A DNA stretch of 64,000 nt, from assembly GCF_004010195.1 (NCBI RefSeq), contig NC_057755.1, positions 12,146,966 through 12,210,965 on the forward strand, written 5' to 3'. The position numbers and the translations under genes were made by a program. Shown piece by piece: positions 1 through 13,362 of this stretch. Under the pieces are notes generated by a model. That model was not told the DNA's origin. It did no database searches and saw nothing but the letters and a program-made list of their open reading frames with translations. How positions within the stretch are numbered: the stretch's first letter is position 1; each line of letters begins with the position of its first letter. Origin of the DNA: Chiloscyllium plagiosum (lineage: Eukaryota).

Positions 1-234
1 CTCTTCCTCTACTACATCAATGACTGCATCAGCGCCACCTCATGCTCCCGTGAGGAGGTTGAGCAATTCATCAACTTTTGAATACCGAACAACCCAGATG
101 GCCTCCTCCTTCAAAGACCGCAATTTCCCCTCAGACGTGGTTGGCGATGCTCTCCACCGCATCTCCTCCACTTCCCACTCCTCCAATCACCACCAGGACA
201 GAACCCCACTGGTCCTCACCTACCACCCCACCAA
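1..234 (+). mobile_element. Penelope-like element fragment (RT-GIY-YIG linker region)
   Basis: Translates as MASSFKDRNFPSDVVGDALHRISSTS...DRTPLVLTYHPT, matching the PLE copies at 449-1130 and 13648-15109. Confidence 0.8.
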
Positions 235-448
235 NNNNNNNNNNNNNNNNNNNNNNNNNNNNNNNNNNNNNNNNNNNNNNNNNNNNNNNNNNNNNNNNNN
301 NNNNNNNNNNNNNNNNNNNNNNNNNNNNNNNNNNNNNNNNNNNNNNNNNNNNNNNNNNNNNNNNNNNNNNNNNNNNNNNNNNNNNNNNNNNNNNNNNNNN
401 NNNNNNNNNNNNNNNNNNNNNNNNNNNNNNNNNNNNNNNNNNNNNNNN
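235..448. other. Assembly gap (N run)
   Basis: Run of N. Confidence 1.
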
Positions 449-1130
449 GGTTGGAGGGGTGGGGTCTGAGGGTGGAGGTGCGGGATGTGGACGAGATGCG
501 TTGGAGGGCATCTTTAACCACGTGGGAAGGGAAATTGCGATCTCTAAAGAAGGAGGCCATCTGGTGGAACTGGTCCTCCTGGGAGCAGATACAGCAGAGG
601 TGGAGGAATTGGGAATACGGGATGGCATTTTTGCAGGAGGCAGGGTGGGAAGAGGTGTAATCCAGGTAGCTGTGGGAGTCGGTGGGTTTGTAGAAAATGT
701 CAGTGTCAAGTCGGTCGTCATTAATGGAGATGGAGAGGTCCAGGAAGGAGAGGGAGATGTCAGAGATGATCCATGTGAATTTAAGGTTGGGGTGGAATGT
801 GTTGGTGAAGTTGATGAACTGCTCAACCTCCTCGCGGGAGCATGAGGTAGCGCCAATGCAGTCATCAATTGGCGGAAGAGGTGTGGAGTGGTGCTGGTGT
901 AACTATGGAAGATGGACTGTTCTACGTAGCCAACAAAGAGACAGGCATAGCTGGGGCCCATACGTGTGCCCATGGCTACCCCTTTGATCTGGAGGAAGTG
1001 GGAGGATTCGAAGGAGAAATTGTTAAAGGTAAGGACCAGTTCAGCCAAATGAGTGAGAGTGACATTGGAAGGGTACTGTTGGGGACGTCGGGAGAGGAAG
1101 AAATGGAGGGCTTGGAGGCTTTGGTCATGG
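449..1130 (-). mobile_element. Penelope-like element, RT domain (degenerate)
   Basis: LVLTFNNFSFESSHFLQIKGVAMGTRMGPSYACLFVGYVEQ is the PLE RT G.AMG..M.P.YA.LF motif. The frame is broken by shifts. Confidence 0.85.
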
Positions 1131-1813
1131 AAGATGAAGGTTTATGCGGAAAGTCAGGAGGGAAATTTGGCCAGTTGGATAGAAAACTGGCTAACCGGTC
1201 AAAGTCAGAGAGTGATGGTAGATGGTAAATATTCAGCCTCCGCAGGGATCAGTTCTGGGTCCTCTGCTGTTTGTAATTTTTATTAATGACTTGGAAGAGT
1301 GGGTGGGTAGTGAGGAGGGCTGTTGTCGGCTGCAAAGGGACTTAGATATGATGCAGAGCTGGGCTGAGGAGTGGCAGATGGAGTTCAACCCTGTCAAGTG
1401 TGAGGTTGTCCATTTTGGAAGGACAAATAAGAATGCTAGGCCTTTTCTCATTGGAACGGCGAAGGATGAGGGGTGACTTGATAGAGGTTTATAAGATGAT
1501 CAGAGGAATAGATAGAGTAGACAGTCAGAAACTTTTTCCCTGGGTACAACAGAGTGTTACAAGGGGACGTAAATTTAAGGTGAAGGGTGGAAGGTATAGG
1601 GGGGATGTCAGGGGTAGGTTCTTTACCCAGAGAGTGGTGGGGGCATGGAATGCGCTGCCTGTGGGAGTGGTAGAGTCAGAATCTTTGGTGACCTTTAAGC
1701 GGCAATTGGATAGGTACATGGATGGGTGCTTAAGCTAGGACAAATGTTCAGCACAACATCGTGGGCCGAAGGGCCTGTTCTGTGCTGTATTGTTCTATGT
1801 TCTATGTTCTATG
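1131..1813 (+). mobile_element. 5'-truncated CR1/HER1-type LINE inserted in the PLE
   Basis: PQGSVLGPLLFVIFINDL and LFSLERRRMRGDLIEVYK motifs, ending in a (TTCTATG)n tail. Confidence 0.9.
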
Positions 1814-2160
1814 TGTAGAGGGATTGGATATCCATGGTGAAGATGAGGTGTTGGAGGCCAGGGAAGCGGAAGTCTTGGAGGAGGTGGAGGGCGTGGGTGG
1901 TGTCTCGAAAGTATGTGGGGAGTTCCTGGACTAGGGGGGATAGGACAGTGTCAAGATAGGTGGAGATGAGTTCGGTGGGGCAGGAGCATGCTGAGACAAT
2001 GGGTCGGCAAGGGTGGTCAGGCTTGTGGATCTTGGGAAGGAGGTAGGATCAGGCATTGCGGGGTTCCCGGACTATGAGTTTGGAAGCTGTGGGTAGGAGA
2101 TGATGGTTTGGTGATGGGGGATTGGGTCATGGTCGAGGGGGCAGTAGGAGGAGGTGTCTT
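1814..2160 (-). mobile_element. Upstream continuation of the Penelope-like element
   Basis: Same G-rich PLE-type sequence resumes after the CR1 tail. Confidence 0.6.
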
Positions 2161-2482
2161 TGACAGAATAAATGTTCTGTCATGTCTGCACAACTATATC
2201 TGTGTGGTTATATTAGCATAATGTTCAAAAGCAGAATTAAAAATATATAACTAAACTTGAAACAAGATGGATTTGGGAGGTTAGGTGACCTCACCTCCCT
2301 TTGTTTTGAGCAACACACCTGAAGCATCCTAAGTCTGGATTTAACCACTTGTCTCATCAGGATGTTCAGATGTCTTGGTACATCACATTGAGAAAACATG
2401 AAAAACAATGCACATTCTCCTGTGGATTTAACAGCTTCTATTGTCCACACACCTACAGACATTGATGCATGATGACCTGAAA

Positions 2483-3915
2483 GTCATAGAGTCACAGAGT
2501 CATAGAGATGTACAGCACGGAAACAAACCCTACAGTTCAAATCGTCCATGCCGACCAGATATCCTAACCTAATCTACTCCAGTTTGCCAGCACTTGGCCC
2601 ATATTCCTCTATACCTTTCATATTAAAATATACATCCAGATGCCTTTTAAATGCTGCAATTTTACCAGCCTCCACCACTTCCTCTGGCAGCACATTCCAT
2701 ACATGCACCTTGCTCTGTGTGAAAAAGTTGCCCCTTAGGTCTTTTTTATATCTTTCCCCTCTCACCCTAAACCTATGTCCACAAATTCTGGACTGCCCCA
2801 CCCCAGGGAAAAGACTTTGCCTATTTACCCTATCCATGCACCTCATGATTTTATAAACTTCTATAAGGTCACCCCTCATCCTCCAACACTCCAGGGAAAA
2901 CAGCCCCAGCCTACTCAGCCTCTCCCTATAGCTCAAATCCTCCAACTCTGGCAACATCCTTGTAAATCATTTCTGAACCCTTTCAAGTTTCATAACATCC
3001 TTCCGATAGGAAGGAGACCAGAATTGCACACAATATTCCAGATGTGGCCTAACCATTATACTGTACAGCTGCAACATGACCTCCCAACTCCTATATTCAA
3101 TGCTCTGACTAGTAAAGGAAAGCATATCAAACGCCTTCACTTTCCTAGCTACTTGTGACTCTACTTTCAAGGTACTGTGAATCTGCACTCCAAGGTCCCT
3201 TTGTTCAGCAACACTCCTCAGGATCTCACCATTAAGTGTATAAGTTGTTGTCTGATTTGCCTTTCCAAAATGCAGCACCTCACATTTACCTAAATTAAAC
3301 ACCATCTGTGACTCCTTAGCCCATTAGCCCATTTGATCAAGATCCAATTGTACTTTGAAGTAACGTTCTTCCCTGTCTATTACAGGTCCAATTTTGGTGT
3401 CATCTGCAAGGTTACTAACTTTATCTCCTGTGTTCGCATCCAAATCATTTATATAAATGAGTGGACCCAGCACAGAGCCTTGTAGGACACCACTGGTCAC
3501 AGGTCTCCACTCTGAAAAGCAACCCTCCATCAGTTCTGTATCCAAATGGCTAGTTCTCCCTGTATTCCATGAGATCTAACCTTGCTAACCAGTCTCCCAT
3601 GGGGAACCTTGTCAAACGCCTTACTGAAGTCCATATAGATCACATCTACCGTTCTGCCCTCATCAATTCTTTTTGTTACTTCTTCAAAAAACTCAGTCAA
3701 GTTCATGAGACATGATTTCCCATGCACAAAGCTGTGCTGACATCCCTAATCAGTCCTTACCTTTCCAAATACATGTAAATCCTGTCCCTCAGGATTCCCT
3801 CCAACAACCTGCCCACCACCGACGTCAGGCTCACTGGTCTATAGTTCCCTGACTTACCCTACTACCTTTCTTGAACAGTGGCACCACGTTAGCCAACCTC
3901 CAGTCCTCAAGCACC
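2483..3915 (-). mobile_element. CR1/HER1-type LINE (RT and 3' end)
   Basis: ORF fragments DVIYMDFSKAFDKVPHGRL, QGSVLGPL and VRPHLEYCVQFWSP, with a short-repeat tail near 2485-2505. Confidence 0.92.
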
Positions 3916-3934
3916 ATAGAAACGTCAACATTCA

Positions 3935-4745
3935 AAACCCCATTCAAAAATTAACACCAGTACATAGACAGACGATTCCCTAAAATGGTCCCAAAATGAA
4001 CCTGAATAAATAGACAAACCATCCCTTTAAAGTAAACCCCAATAAATACGTAAATTATCCAGAATATGATCCCAATAAACACTTAAAACTATCCACAATA
4101 TAATTTCAATAAATACTCAAACATGACCCAAAATACACCTCAATAAGTACAAAAATCACCCTAAAAATTACTCTCAATAAATTATAAACTAACCCTAAAT
4201 AAAGAATAGATATATAACCAATCCACAAAATACTTCAAAGAACACAGAAGCCATCTGCAAAACATACCTGCAACAACAGCAAATTAGACCCTATTAAATA
4301 TGCAAAGTACCCACAAAATAAATATCGATAAATACAGTCCCTACCAAATATAATCCCCAAAATAAACCCCAAATACATAAACTACCATGAAAATAAACAC
4401 ACAATGAAACCCAAAATAAACACAAAAATAATCTACAAAACTAACTGCTAAATGAAACTCAATAAAGACAACAATACCATATATAAATAAATGCATAAAT
4501 TAAACCCCAAATTAGCCCCAATAAAAACCCAAAATGCCATTAAAATAAACCCCAAAACATATCCAATGAAATAGATAAACTACCCAAAATAACTTTCAAT
4601 AAATGTGGCCTTCAATAACCCAGAAAGTAAATCCTCATAAATACATAAATTACTTCCAGAAAGTGCAATAAATGTGCAAACCATGAACTAAATAGTCCCC
4701 AGTAAATGCACATGCTATTTCCAAAATAAAGCCCGAAAATTATGC
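3935..4745. repeat. A/C-rich, G-depleted low-complexity region (decayed minisatellite-like)
   Basis: Recurring AAATAAACCCCAAAAT-like units with almost no G on the + strand. Confidence 0.7.
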
Positions 4746-5084
4746 TAACCATCGGTTTGCTGTATTTTTGTTTGCCATTATGACTTCCCATTTCTGACAA
4801 AGAATATAAGATGCAGGAGCAGACGTTGTCCATTCAGTCCATTGAATCTGTTCTATCATTCAAGGAGATCATGGCTGATCTGATTATCCTCATCTCCACT
4901 TTCCCGCCTTTTCCCTGTAATTATTGATGACCTTACAGATTAGAAATCTGTCTATCTTAGTCTTAAATTTGTGAATTTGTTGGTGTTTATTTTGGGGTGG
5001 TTTTGGCGCGGACCAAAGGGCCTGTTGTGTGCTGAACTTCTCTATATTTATTGGCATTAATTTTGTGTGGTTTGTGTACTTACT

Positions 5085-7310
5085 GAGAGAGGAGGGGGTG
5101 TAGCATTGTTAATTAGAGAGTGCATCACATCTGCAGAAAAGGAGGTTGTTGAGGAGTGTTTGTCTATTGAGTCAGTATGGGTGGAAATCAGTAACAGGAA
5201 AGGAACAGTCACTTTGTTGAGTGTTTTCTACAGACACCCCAATAGCAGCAGAGAGATGGAAGAATAGATTGGACAGCAGATCTTGGAAAGGTGCAGATGT
5301 AACAGAGCTGTTATTATGGATGACTTCAACTTACCCATATTGATTGGAACCTCCTTCGTGCAGATGGTCTGGATAGAGCCGTTTCTGTCAGGTGTGTCCA
5401 GGAAAGATTCTTGAATCAATATGTAGGCAGGCCAATTAGGGGGGAGGCCATATTGGATTTGGTGTGAGGCAACGAGCCAGGCCAGGTGTCAGATCTCTCA
5501 GTGGGAGAGCATTCAGTGACAGTGACCACAACTGTCTCACCTTTACTATAGCCATGCAGAGGGATATGAACAAACAGTAAGGGAAATATTTAATTGGGGC
5601 AGAGGAAATTATACAGCTATTAGACAGGAACTGCGGAAAATAAATTGGGAACAATTGTTCTATGGGAAATGCACAACAGAAATGTGGAGGCTGTTTAGGG
5701 AGCACTTGTTGTGACTGTTGGATAATGTAGTCCCACTGAGATAAGCAAGGAACGGTAAAGTAAAGGAGCCTTGGATGACAAGAGCAGAAGACCTTCTCAT
5801 CAAAAGGAAAAAGGAAGCTTACTTAAGGTTGAGAAAGCAAGTACCTGGCACAACATTTAGAGGATTACAGGCTAGCTAGGAAAGAACTCAAAAATGGATT
5901 GAGGAGAGTTGGGAGGGGGTGAGAGAAAGCCTTGGTGGGAAGGATTAGGGAAAACTCAAAAGTGTCCTACACACATGTAAAGAATAAGAGAATGATCAGA
6001 GAGAGTGTAGGGGCGATCAGGGATAGTGGATGAAACTTGTATCTGGAGTCTGAGGAGGTAGGGGAGGCCCCTAAATGAGTCTTTTTGCTTCAGTATTCAC
6101 TAGAGAGAGGGACCTTGTTGATACGGAGAACAACATGGTTCCAGGTTAATAGGCTTGAACAGATTGATATTAAGAAAATGGATGCGCTGGAAATTCTGGG
6201 AAGTATCAAGATAGATAAGTCCCCAGGGCTGGACCAGACATATCCAAGGTTACTACGGGAAGCAAGGAATGAGATTGCTACACTTCTGGAGATGATCTTT
6301 GCTTCCTCACTCTCCATGGGAGTAGTACCGGATGATTGGAGAGAAGTGAATGTTGTTCCTCTGTTCAAGAAAGGGAATAGGGAAATCCCTGGGAACTACA
6401 GACCAGTCAGTCTTACACCTGTGGGAAGCAAGGATTCTGAGAGATAGAATTTATGACTCTTTGGGAAAACATAGTTTGATTAAAGATAGTTAGCAGGTTT
6501 TGTGAGAGGCAGGTCATGCCTCAGAAACGTTACTGAGTTCTGTGAGGATGTGATGAGATAAGTTGACGAAGATTGAGTAGCAGATGTGCTGTATATGGAT
6601 TTCAGTAAGGCATTTGATGAGGATCCCCATGTAGGCTCAGTCAGAAAGTTAGGAGGTATGGGATAGAGGGAAACTTGGCTGTCTGGATACAGAATTGGCT
6701 GGCCAAAAGAAGACAGCTGGTAATAGTGGGTGGAAAGTATTCCACTTGAAGGTCAGTGGCCAATGGTGTCCCGCAGGGATCCGTTCTTGAGCCTCTGCTC
6801 TTTGTAGTTTTTATAAATTACTTGGATGAAGAAGTGGAAGGGTGGGTTAGTAAGTTTGCTGATAACACAAAGGTAGGTGGTGTTGTAGGTAGTGTCGAGG
6901 GCTGTTGCAGGCTACAACATGACATTGACAGGATGCAGAGCTGGGCTAAGAAGTCGCAGATGGAGTTCAGCCTGAATAAGTGTGAAGTGATTCATTTTGT
7001 AAGGTCAAATTTGAAAGCTGAATTTCAGAGTTTAAGACAGGATTGTTGGCAGTGTGGATCCACAGTGTCGGGTCCACATAGATCCTTCAAAGTTGCCACC
7101 CAAATCGATCAGGTTGCTAAGAAGGCATATGCTGTTTTGGCCTTCATTAATGAAGGATTGAGTTTAAGAGCTGCGAGGTTTTGCTGTAGCTCTATAAAAT
7201 GCTGGTTAGACCACACTTGGAATATTGTGTCCAGGTCTGGTTGCCTCATTATACGAAGGACGTAGGTACTTTAGAGAGGGTGCAGAGGGGATTTACCAGG
7301 ATGCTCCCTT
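5085..7310 (+). mobile_element. CR1-type LINE ORF2 (endonuclease to RT), degenerate
   Basis: RGGGVALLIRE, KSPGLDQTYPRLLRE, GNYRPVSLT, GVPQGSVL and KFADNTK motifs. Confidence 0.92.
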
Positions 7311-7670
7311 CTGGGAGGCCAAGTGGCATTGAGTTGTCTTCCGTTGACAGATACACCATCTGTAGTGCTGCTACTGGAAGAGGCCATTCTGGTTTTAAAC
7401 TTTATGGGCACCTTTCTGGTCACCACTGACAATATCAGACTGCGGACGCAAAAGGATCCCATCCTGGCAAAAATAAAACAGTTGGTGATGATGGAGGAAA
7501 GAAAAGGGCCATCATAACAAGAAGTGAAATCTTTCTGGACTCAGCGAGACCAGATTACCTATGGGGAGCAAGGGCAAGATGTTGGCAAGACGTTATGTCT
7601 AGTGGCCAGGATTGGATTAAGCTGTGTTGGTGGAGCAGTGTCCAGAGTGCCAACAAGAACAAAAAGCAAG
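7311..7670 (+). mobile_element. Gypsy pol fragment (end of RNase H to integrase zinc finger)
   Basis: ALSCLPL...IRLRTQKDPILAKIKQLV, followed by a QCPECQQ motif. Confidence 0.65.
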
Positions 7671-10128
7671 CAGCTTTCTTTTTTAATTTAAAAAGTATAC
7701 TTTATTAATAAAAATTATCTTTATACATATACATAGTCACAAGCGCAGGTCAGTTCTGCACAGTAGCATATCAAGGAAACAAACAAACATTGGAGTTTGA
7801 CTCTATCCAAACAAACCAAAAGTACCTCTTACTTGAACCAGACTATATTTACATGCATTTGAGGCACTAGCAGAGTCCAATCAAGGCCTCTCTTTTTTAT
7901 TTCAAAAGTATACTTTATTCATAAAAAATATCTTCATGTATATGCGTGGTCATAAATGCAGTTCAGTTTTGTACAATACCATATCAAGGAAACAAAAATA
8001 TTGGTGTTTGACTCTATCCAACAAACCAAAGGCATCCCTACACATACAAGACTATATTTATATGCATTTGAGGCAGTGGGAAGGTCTGATAACTGAATGG
8101 ATCCCCATTGAACTTCAGCAGGAAGGTCTTTCTCCAATGGCCTTTCCCCACTGTGTCTTGATGTCAGCTGCCCCAAGCTTTAGTGTGTCCCTCAGCACAT
8201 AGTCCGGGATCTTGGAATGTGCCAGTCTGCAACATTCGGTCAGGGTCGACTCCTTGTTCTGGAAATCCAACTAGTTTCAGACAGAACAAAGACTATTGTT
8301 CACTGAGTTGATGGTCCTCCAGGCATAGTCAATGTTTGTCTTGATGTGCGTCCTGAGGAACAGACCTGTGTCATGGAGCTGCTCGGGTTGAACCTGCATC
8401 ATTCTCCAGATTTTCTTTGGACAGCCACATCCCAGAAGTGTAGATGTGTGATAGTCTCAACAACCCCTCTTCTCACCACCAACTGAGCAATGTCATGGTG
8501 CTTGCTGGGAAGTTTTGGTGATGAGGTATTCTGCCAAATGACTTTGACAGTCTGCTCAGGAAACCCCCATGACAGGATCCACCCTTGCCTTTTCCTACGG
8601 AGTCTCAAGGATGCTACGTGTTCACTACTTCTTGATGGACTTGGGGTCAAAGATATTTTTCTTTGCAAATTTCTCCACGAAGGATATGCAATACAGGACT
8701 GTCCAACTACTTGGAGCATTCCACTGCAAAAAACCCAGCAAAACACCAGGGACAAGAACCGCAGTACATAGTGAAACCTTGTGTTTGTGTCCTGAGGCAC
8801 AACTTGATGCAGCCACACACAAAGGTGGCCATCAGGATGAGGGCAGCATTGGGTACATTCTTCCTCCCCTTATCCAAATTTTTGTACATGGAGTCCCTGC
8901 AGACACACTCCATCCTAGATCTCCAGATGAAATAGAAGATGGCTCGGGTGAATGCAGTGGCACAGTTTCAGGGAGTGGGCCAGACCTGCACAATGTACAA
9001 CAACAGAAGGAGAGTGCCTCACATCTGATGACCAAGTTTTTACCCGCGATGGAGAGAGAGTGGTGTTCCCAAAGAACTAGTTTCTACTTCACTTTGGCAT
9101 TGTGTTCCTCCCAAGAGTTTGCACAAGAGCACCTTTGGGCAATCTGACCTGATAGTAAAGGGGATAAAGGATTGGTCAGCCCTGTTTCCAAGAACTAGGC
9201 TTCATTCTGGCCTCAATTTATCTTGGCTCCTGAGGCCAATTTGAACTGGTCACTGATACTCATGAGTGCGCTGACAGCAAATCCGAGCAGAAAATGGCAA
9301 TGTCATCTATGTAAGGGGCGGTTTTGACTTGCAGGCCTCCACTGATCGGAAGAGTCATCCGTCTCAGGCTCGCACTCTTCCTGATGGACTCAGCTAAAGG
9401 CTTTATATAACAAATAATGTGGCAGAGGCTGCGCAGCCCTGCCTGATTCCAAATCTGAATCAGAAAGTTTTCTGATTCCCACCCATTAATGGAGACAGCA
9501 CTACTGACGTTGGTAGAGAGCAGTCAGATACAGTTGCAAGTTCCCTCTCTAAAGCCCACTTTGGAGAGCATATCCCCCATGTATGTGTGCGATATCATGT
9601 CAAAGGCTTTTTCATTGTCCAGAGTGATGAGGCAAGGGTCCCCCCACTGTCCTGCACATAGGCAATCATATCTATGAGGAATGCAAGGCTCTCAGAGATC
9701 ATCATGCTCAGTACAGCACACGTTTGGTTGGGGTGAATCATTGATCCCAGATCAGACCTGACCAGGTTGTGATGACGTCAGACAGGATTTTGTAGTCTGC
9801 ATTCAACAGTGAAATTGGTCACCAGTTTCTAATTTCCTCCCTCTCTCCTTTCCACTTGCAGATGACGGTGATGATACCTTTTCTCATAGATTTGCACATG
9901 GTACCTACCAGGAACATACTGTCATACACCTCCAGGAGGTCCTGGCCAATTAAGTCCCACAGAACTGAATACAACCCGACCAATAAGCCACGAGGAGTTT
10001 TATTATTTTCTAAGGACAGAAGTCTGAACACCTTTGAGGTTAAAGAACCTCTTGATGCTGCTCTTGACTATTTCCCACCAGAGCGATGGAAATTCAAAGA
10101 TGAGCTTCATGGTTCTGCAACCTGTATA

Positions 10129-10272
10129 CAGAGGAACCTCAATTATCCGAAGGACATGAGAGGGCAATATTTCGTTCGGTTAATCAAATTCATTGATAAT
10201 CGAATGCCAGAGAACATAGTTTAGCCGAGTATTGAGCTCTTGCGATCATGCCGGCTAATCCAAGTTCCTCTG
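10129..10272. mobile_element. 144-bp MITE, Tc1/mariner-pogo (Tigger-like)
   Basis: TIR CAGAGGAACCTCAATTATCCG versus reverse complement CAGAGGAACTTGGATTAGCCG. TA on both flanks (10127-10128, 10273-10274). It interrupts Tx1 ORF2. Confidence 0.8.
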
Positions 10273-11434
10273 TAATCCCTTTTGAGCTTCTCAATGTCTT
10301 CTGAGGTTAACAGTTTCGTGTTCAACTTCCACGTAGCCTTGCTGGCCCGCTTGTCATCCTGTAGGTGACAGCCGGCCAGCAGGAGGCAGTGGTTAGAGAA
10401 GATCTGACCAAGGACATGTGGAATGCAAACAGGAAATCAATCCTTAAGCAGATAGACCAGTCTGGCCATGAACAGGTGTATCTGTGCTGCGCTCTGTCAG
10501 CAGGAGTGCTGATGATGTCATGCAGCTTGGTGACTTTAACTGTTTCTATCAGGAATCTGGACATGGCTTCCAGTTGGCTGCCAGCCCTTGTGGATCATCC
10601 ATCTGCATCAATAATGCAGTTGAAGTCTCCAGCCAGAATGACCGGCCTGGACGTCACCAGCGGCAGTGGAAGCTGCAGCAGGATAGCCAACTGGCCACAC
10701 TTTACAATCAGGTCATACATATTAATTAGTCTCCAGGGAGCATTTCTGTATGTACTATAATGTCTGCAATGAGGAGGTGCCCACCCACCACCTCCTTAAC
10801 TTCAGACATAGTGAAGTTGCCTTCTCGTAGCAGAATAGCAAGGCTGGATGAACAGCTAACGTTTCCATCCAAATAAATCCATGTCCATAAGCTCGACCAT
10901 TTCCTGTAGCTGCTGATGTGCTGTATCCCATGCTCTTGCAGAAACAGGAGGTCAGCTCTAATATTGACTTGATAAGCCAATGTGGAGTTATTTTGTGTGG
11001 TAGATTCAATGCTATATAGGTTAATACGGGCAATTTTAAGACCAATTTAAGAGTTTATAGAATTACCCAATGTCCGTTCACTTGCGATCATGACAACAGG
11101 CACTCCCTGCAATGATCTGTAGTGGAAGAACTATTGGACACTCTCCATACTGAGATAGTCGTCCTGTTCCTCTCTGGGGGCATGGGCCTGAACCAGGGTT
11201 GCAGAGCAGGAATGAAGCCAGCAAAGCCTGGTTCTGAGTCTGGCAGAGCGATTGTCATGCTCCGCTCCTGATTTGGAGCATCACTGCTCCCAGTTGCCTG
11301 GTGCTGTGGTGCTATGGGCACCCCTTGATTCCCAATGGCTGGATATTGGGCTTCACTGGCTGTTAGGGATGTTCAGTAGTTTCAAAGTGGGGGGTGGTCC
11401 TCTCCCCCCCATGGTGTTGTGCCTCTTTCTTTTT

Positions 11435-11757
11435 CATAGAGTCCCTACAGTGTGGAAACAAGCCATTTGGCCCAACAAGTCCTCACTAACCCTTGAAGAA
11501 TAGCTCACCCTACAACTCTCCATTTCACATGACTAATGCACCTAACTTACATTCCCTGAATACAATGGGCAATTTTAGCATGGCCAATTTACTTATTCTG
11601 TACATCTTCAGACTGGAGGAGGAAACCGGAGCACCTGGAGGAAACCCACATCGACATGGGGAGAATTTGCAAACTCCACACAGACATTGCCCAAGGCTGA
11701 AATTGAACCTGGGTCCCTGATGCTGTGAGGCAACAATGATAACCACTGAGCCACTGT
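11435..11757 (-). mobile_element. HE1-type tRNA-derived SINE
   Basis: Reverse complement has a GTGGCTCAGTGG A-box and GGTTCAATTTC B-box head plus the TGTGTGGAGTTTGCA core. Confidence 0.85.
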
Positions 11758-12149
11758 TTTTCAGGGCCATCTTTTCATCCTGGTCATAAGAGGAGCTGCT
11801 GGTGTGACAATCATTCACCTGCCTCTTACTGTGGCTCTGTTGGGCCCCAATGTGTTTTCTTTTTCCAGTTGTTTCTCACTGGCACCCACTCCACCACCTC
11901 CTTCATTTCATCTACCTCCATTGACTCCATCTGTTCAGGTGGAAGTTGGGTTGGTTGTTATGCCTCTGCACTGGCTACCTTTTCACCTGCTCCAGCCTGT
12001 ACCTCCTTTTGGGTGCCCTTTGTTCCAGTTTTCTTGCTGAGGGGTGGCATCTTACTGTCCTTTTGGGGATCCATGATCACATTGCAACTTCCGGCCATCT
12101 GAGCATATGTAGCACTCCCATCCATGTCGTGTCAGACCTTATACAGGAG

Positions 12150-12745
12150 TCTACATTACAGAGGTGCTGGAAAAGCACAGCCGGTCAGGAAGCAGCCAAG
12201 AAGCAGGGAAATCGATGTTTCAGGCAAAAGCCCTTCATCAGGAATAAAGGCAGGGAGCCTCCAAGGTAGAGAGATAAATGGGAGGGGGGTGGTGCTGGGG
12301 AGAAGGTAGCAAACAGTACAATGGGTGGATGGGGGTAGGGATGAAGGTGGTAGGTCAGAGAGGAGGGTGGAGCAGGTAGGTGGGAAGGAAGATTGGAAGG
12401 TAGGACAGGTCATGAGGATGGTGCTGAGCTGGGAGGTTGGAACTGGGGTAAGGTGGGGGGAGGGGAAATGAGGCAACTGGTGAAGTCCACATTGATGCCC
12501 TGGGGTTGAAGTGTTCCGAGATGGAAGATGAGGGGTTCTTCCTCCAGGCATCGTGGTGGTGAGGGAGTGGCGGTGGAGGAGGCCCAGGACCTGCATGGCC
12601 TCGGTAGAGTGGGAGGGGGAGTTGAAATGTTGGGCTACGGGGCAGTGGGATTGATTGGTACGGGTGTCCCGGAGATGTTCCTTAAAATGCTCTGCGAGAA
12701 GGCGTCCAGTCTCCCCAATGTAGAGGAGACCGTATCAGGAGCAGA
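12150..12745 (-). mobile_element. Penelope-like element 3' part (GIY-YIG end and terminal repeat with hammerhead core)
   Basis: TSD TATACAGGAG (12140-12149 / 12746-12755). Minus strand has CTGATGAAGGGCTTTTGCCTGAAACATC. Confidence 0.8.
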
Positions 12746-13362
12746 TATACAGGAGGCCTGCTTCCCCACACAAGTTGCAGTTCTTGGAGTCTTTGCAATC
12801 CTTAGTTAGGTAGCCCTCCTGTTTGCAGTTCCTGTAGAAGGTCACTTTGCAATGTGCTGCCATGCCTAACCTCCCATAAGTTTGATACACTCTAGGCTGC
12901 ATGGCATACATCAGGTAGCCTCAGCTCCCTCTGATAGCAAAGCTGGAGGGCAGGTGAAGAACGTTCCCACTGGCATCCAGCATTAGGGTCACCTGACCTG
13001 CCACCTTCTGGTCCAGATTCTGAAGGGGTCCACCACATCAGTGCAGTTACCTTCAAGCTGCAGGTACCTTCCCAGGAAGGTCAGGACATTTGCTGCTGGC
13101 ATATGGGGGTTGTACATATAGATTGTAACAACCCAACTCCTCTCTGTAAAGAGAATAAACAATGATGCCATGAACAAGATGGAGAGACATCCTCATATTC
13201 TTCTCGAATACCTTCAGCAGGAGATGCTCATGTTGCTTCACGCTTCTGAAGATCATGTTAAAGCAGCCCCCCCCCCCCAAGTTGGGGAAATGCTGCGGAC
13301 AGAAAATGTCTGCTGCTTGGAACTCACAGCAAATCAGGTGGACCCTCTTCACAAAGTGTCCA

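Noticed and set aside
9856..10224. + strand ORF with an acceptor-like TTTTCTAAG and a protein-like sequence (DRSLNTFEVKEPL...)
   Set aside because: It is the antisense of Tx1 ORF2 plus the MITE.
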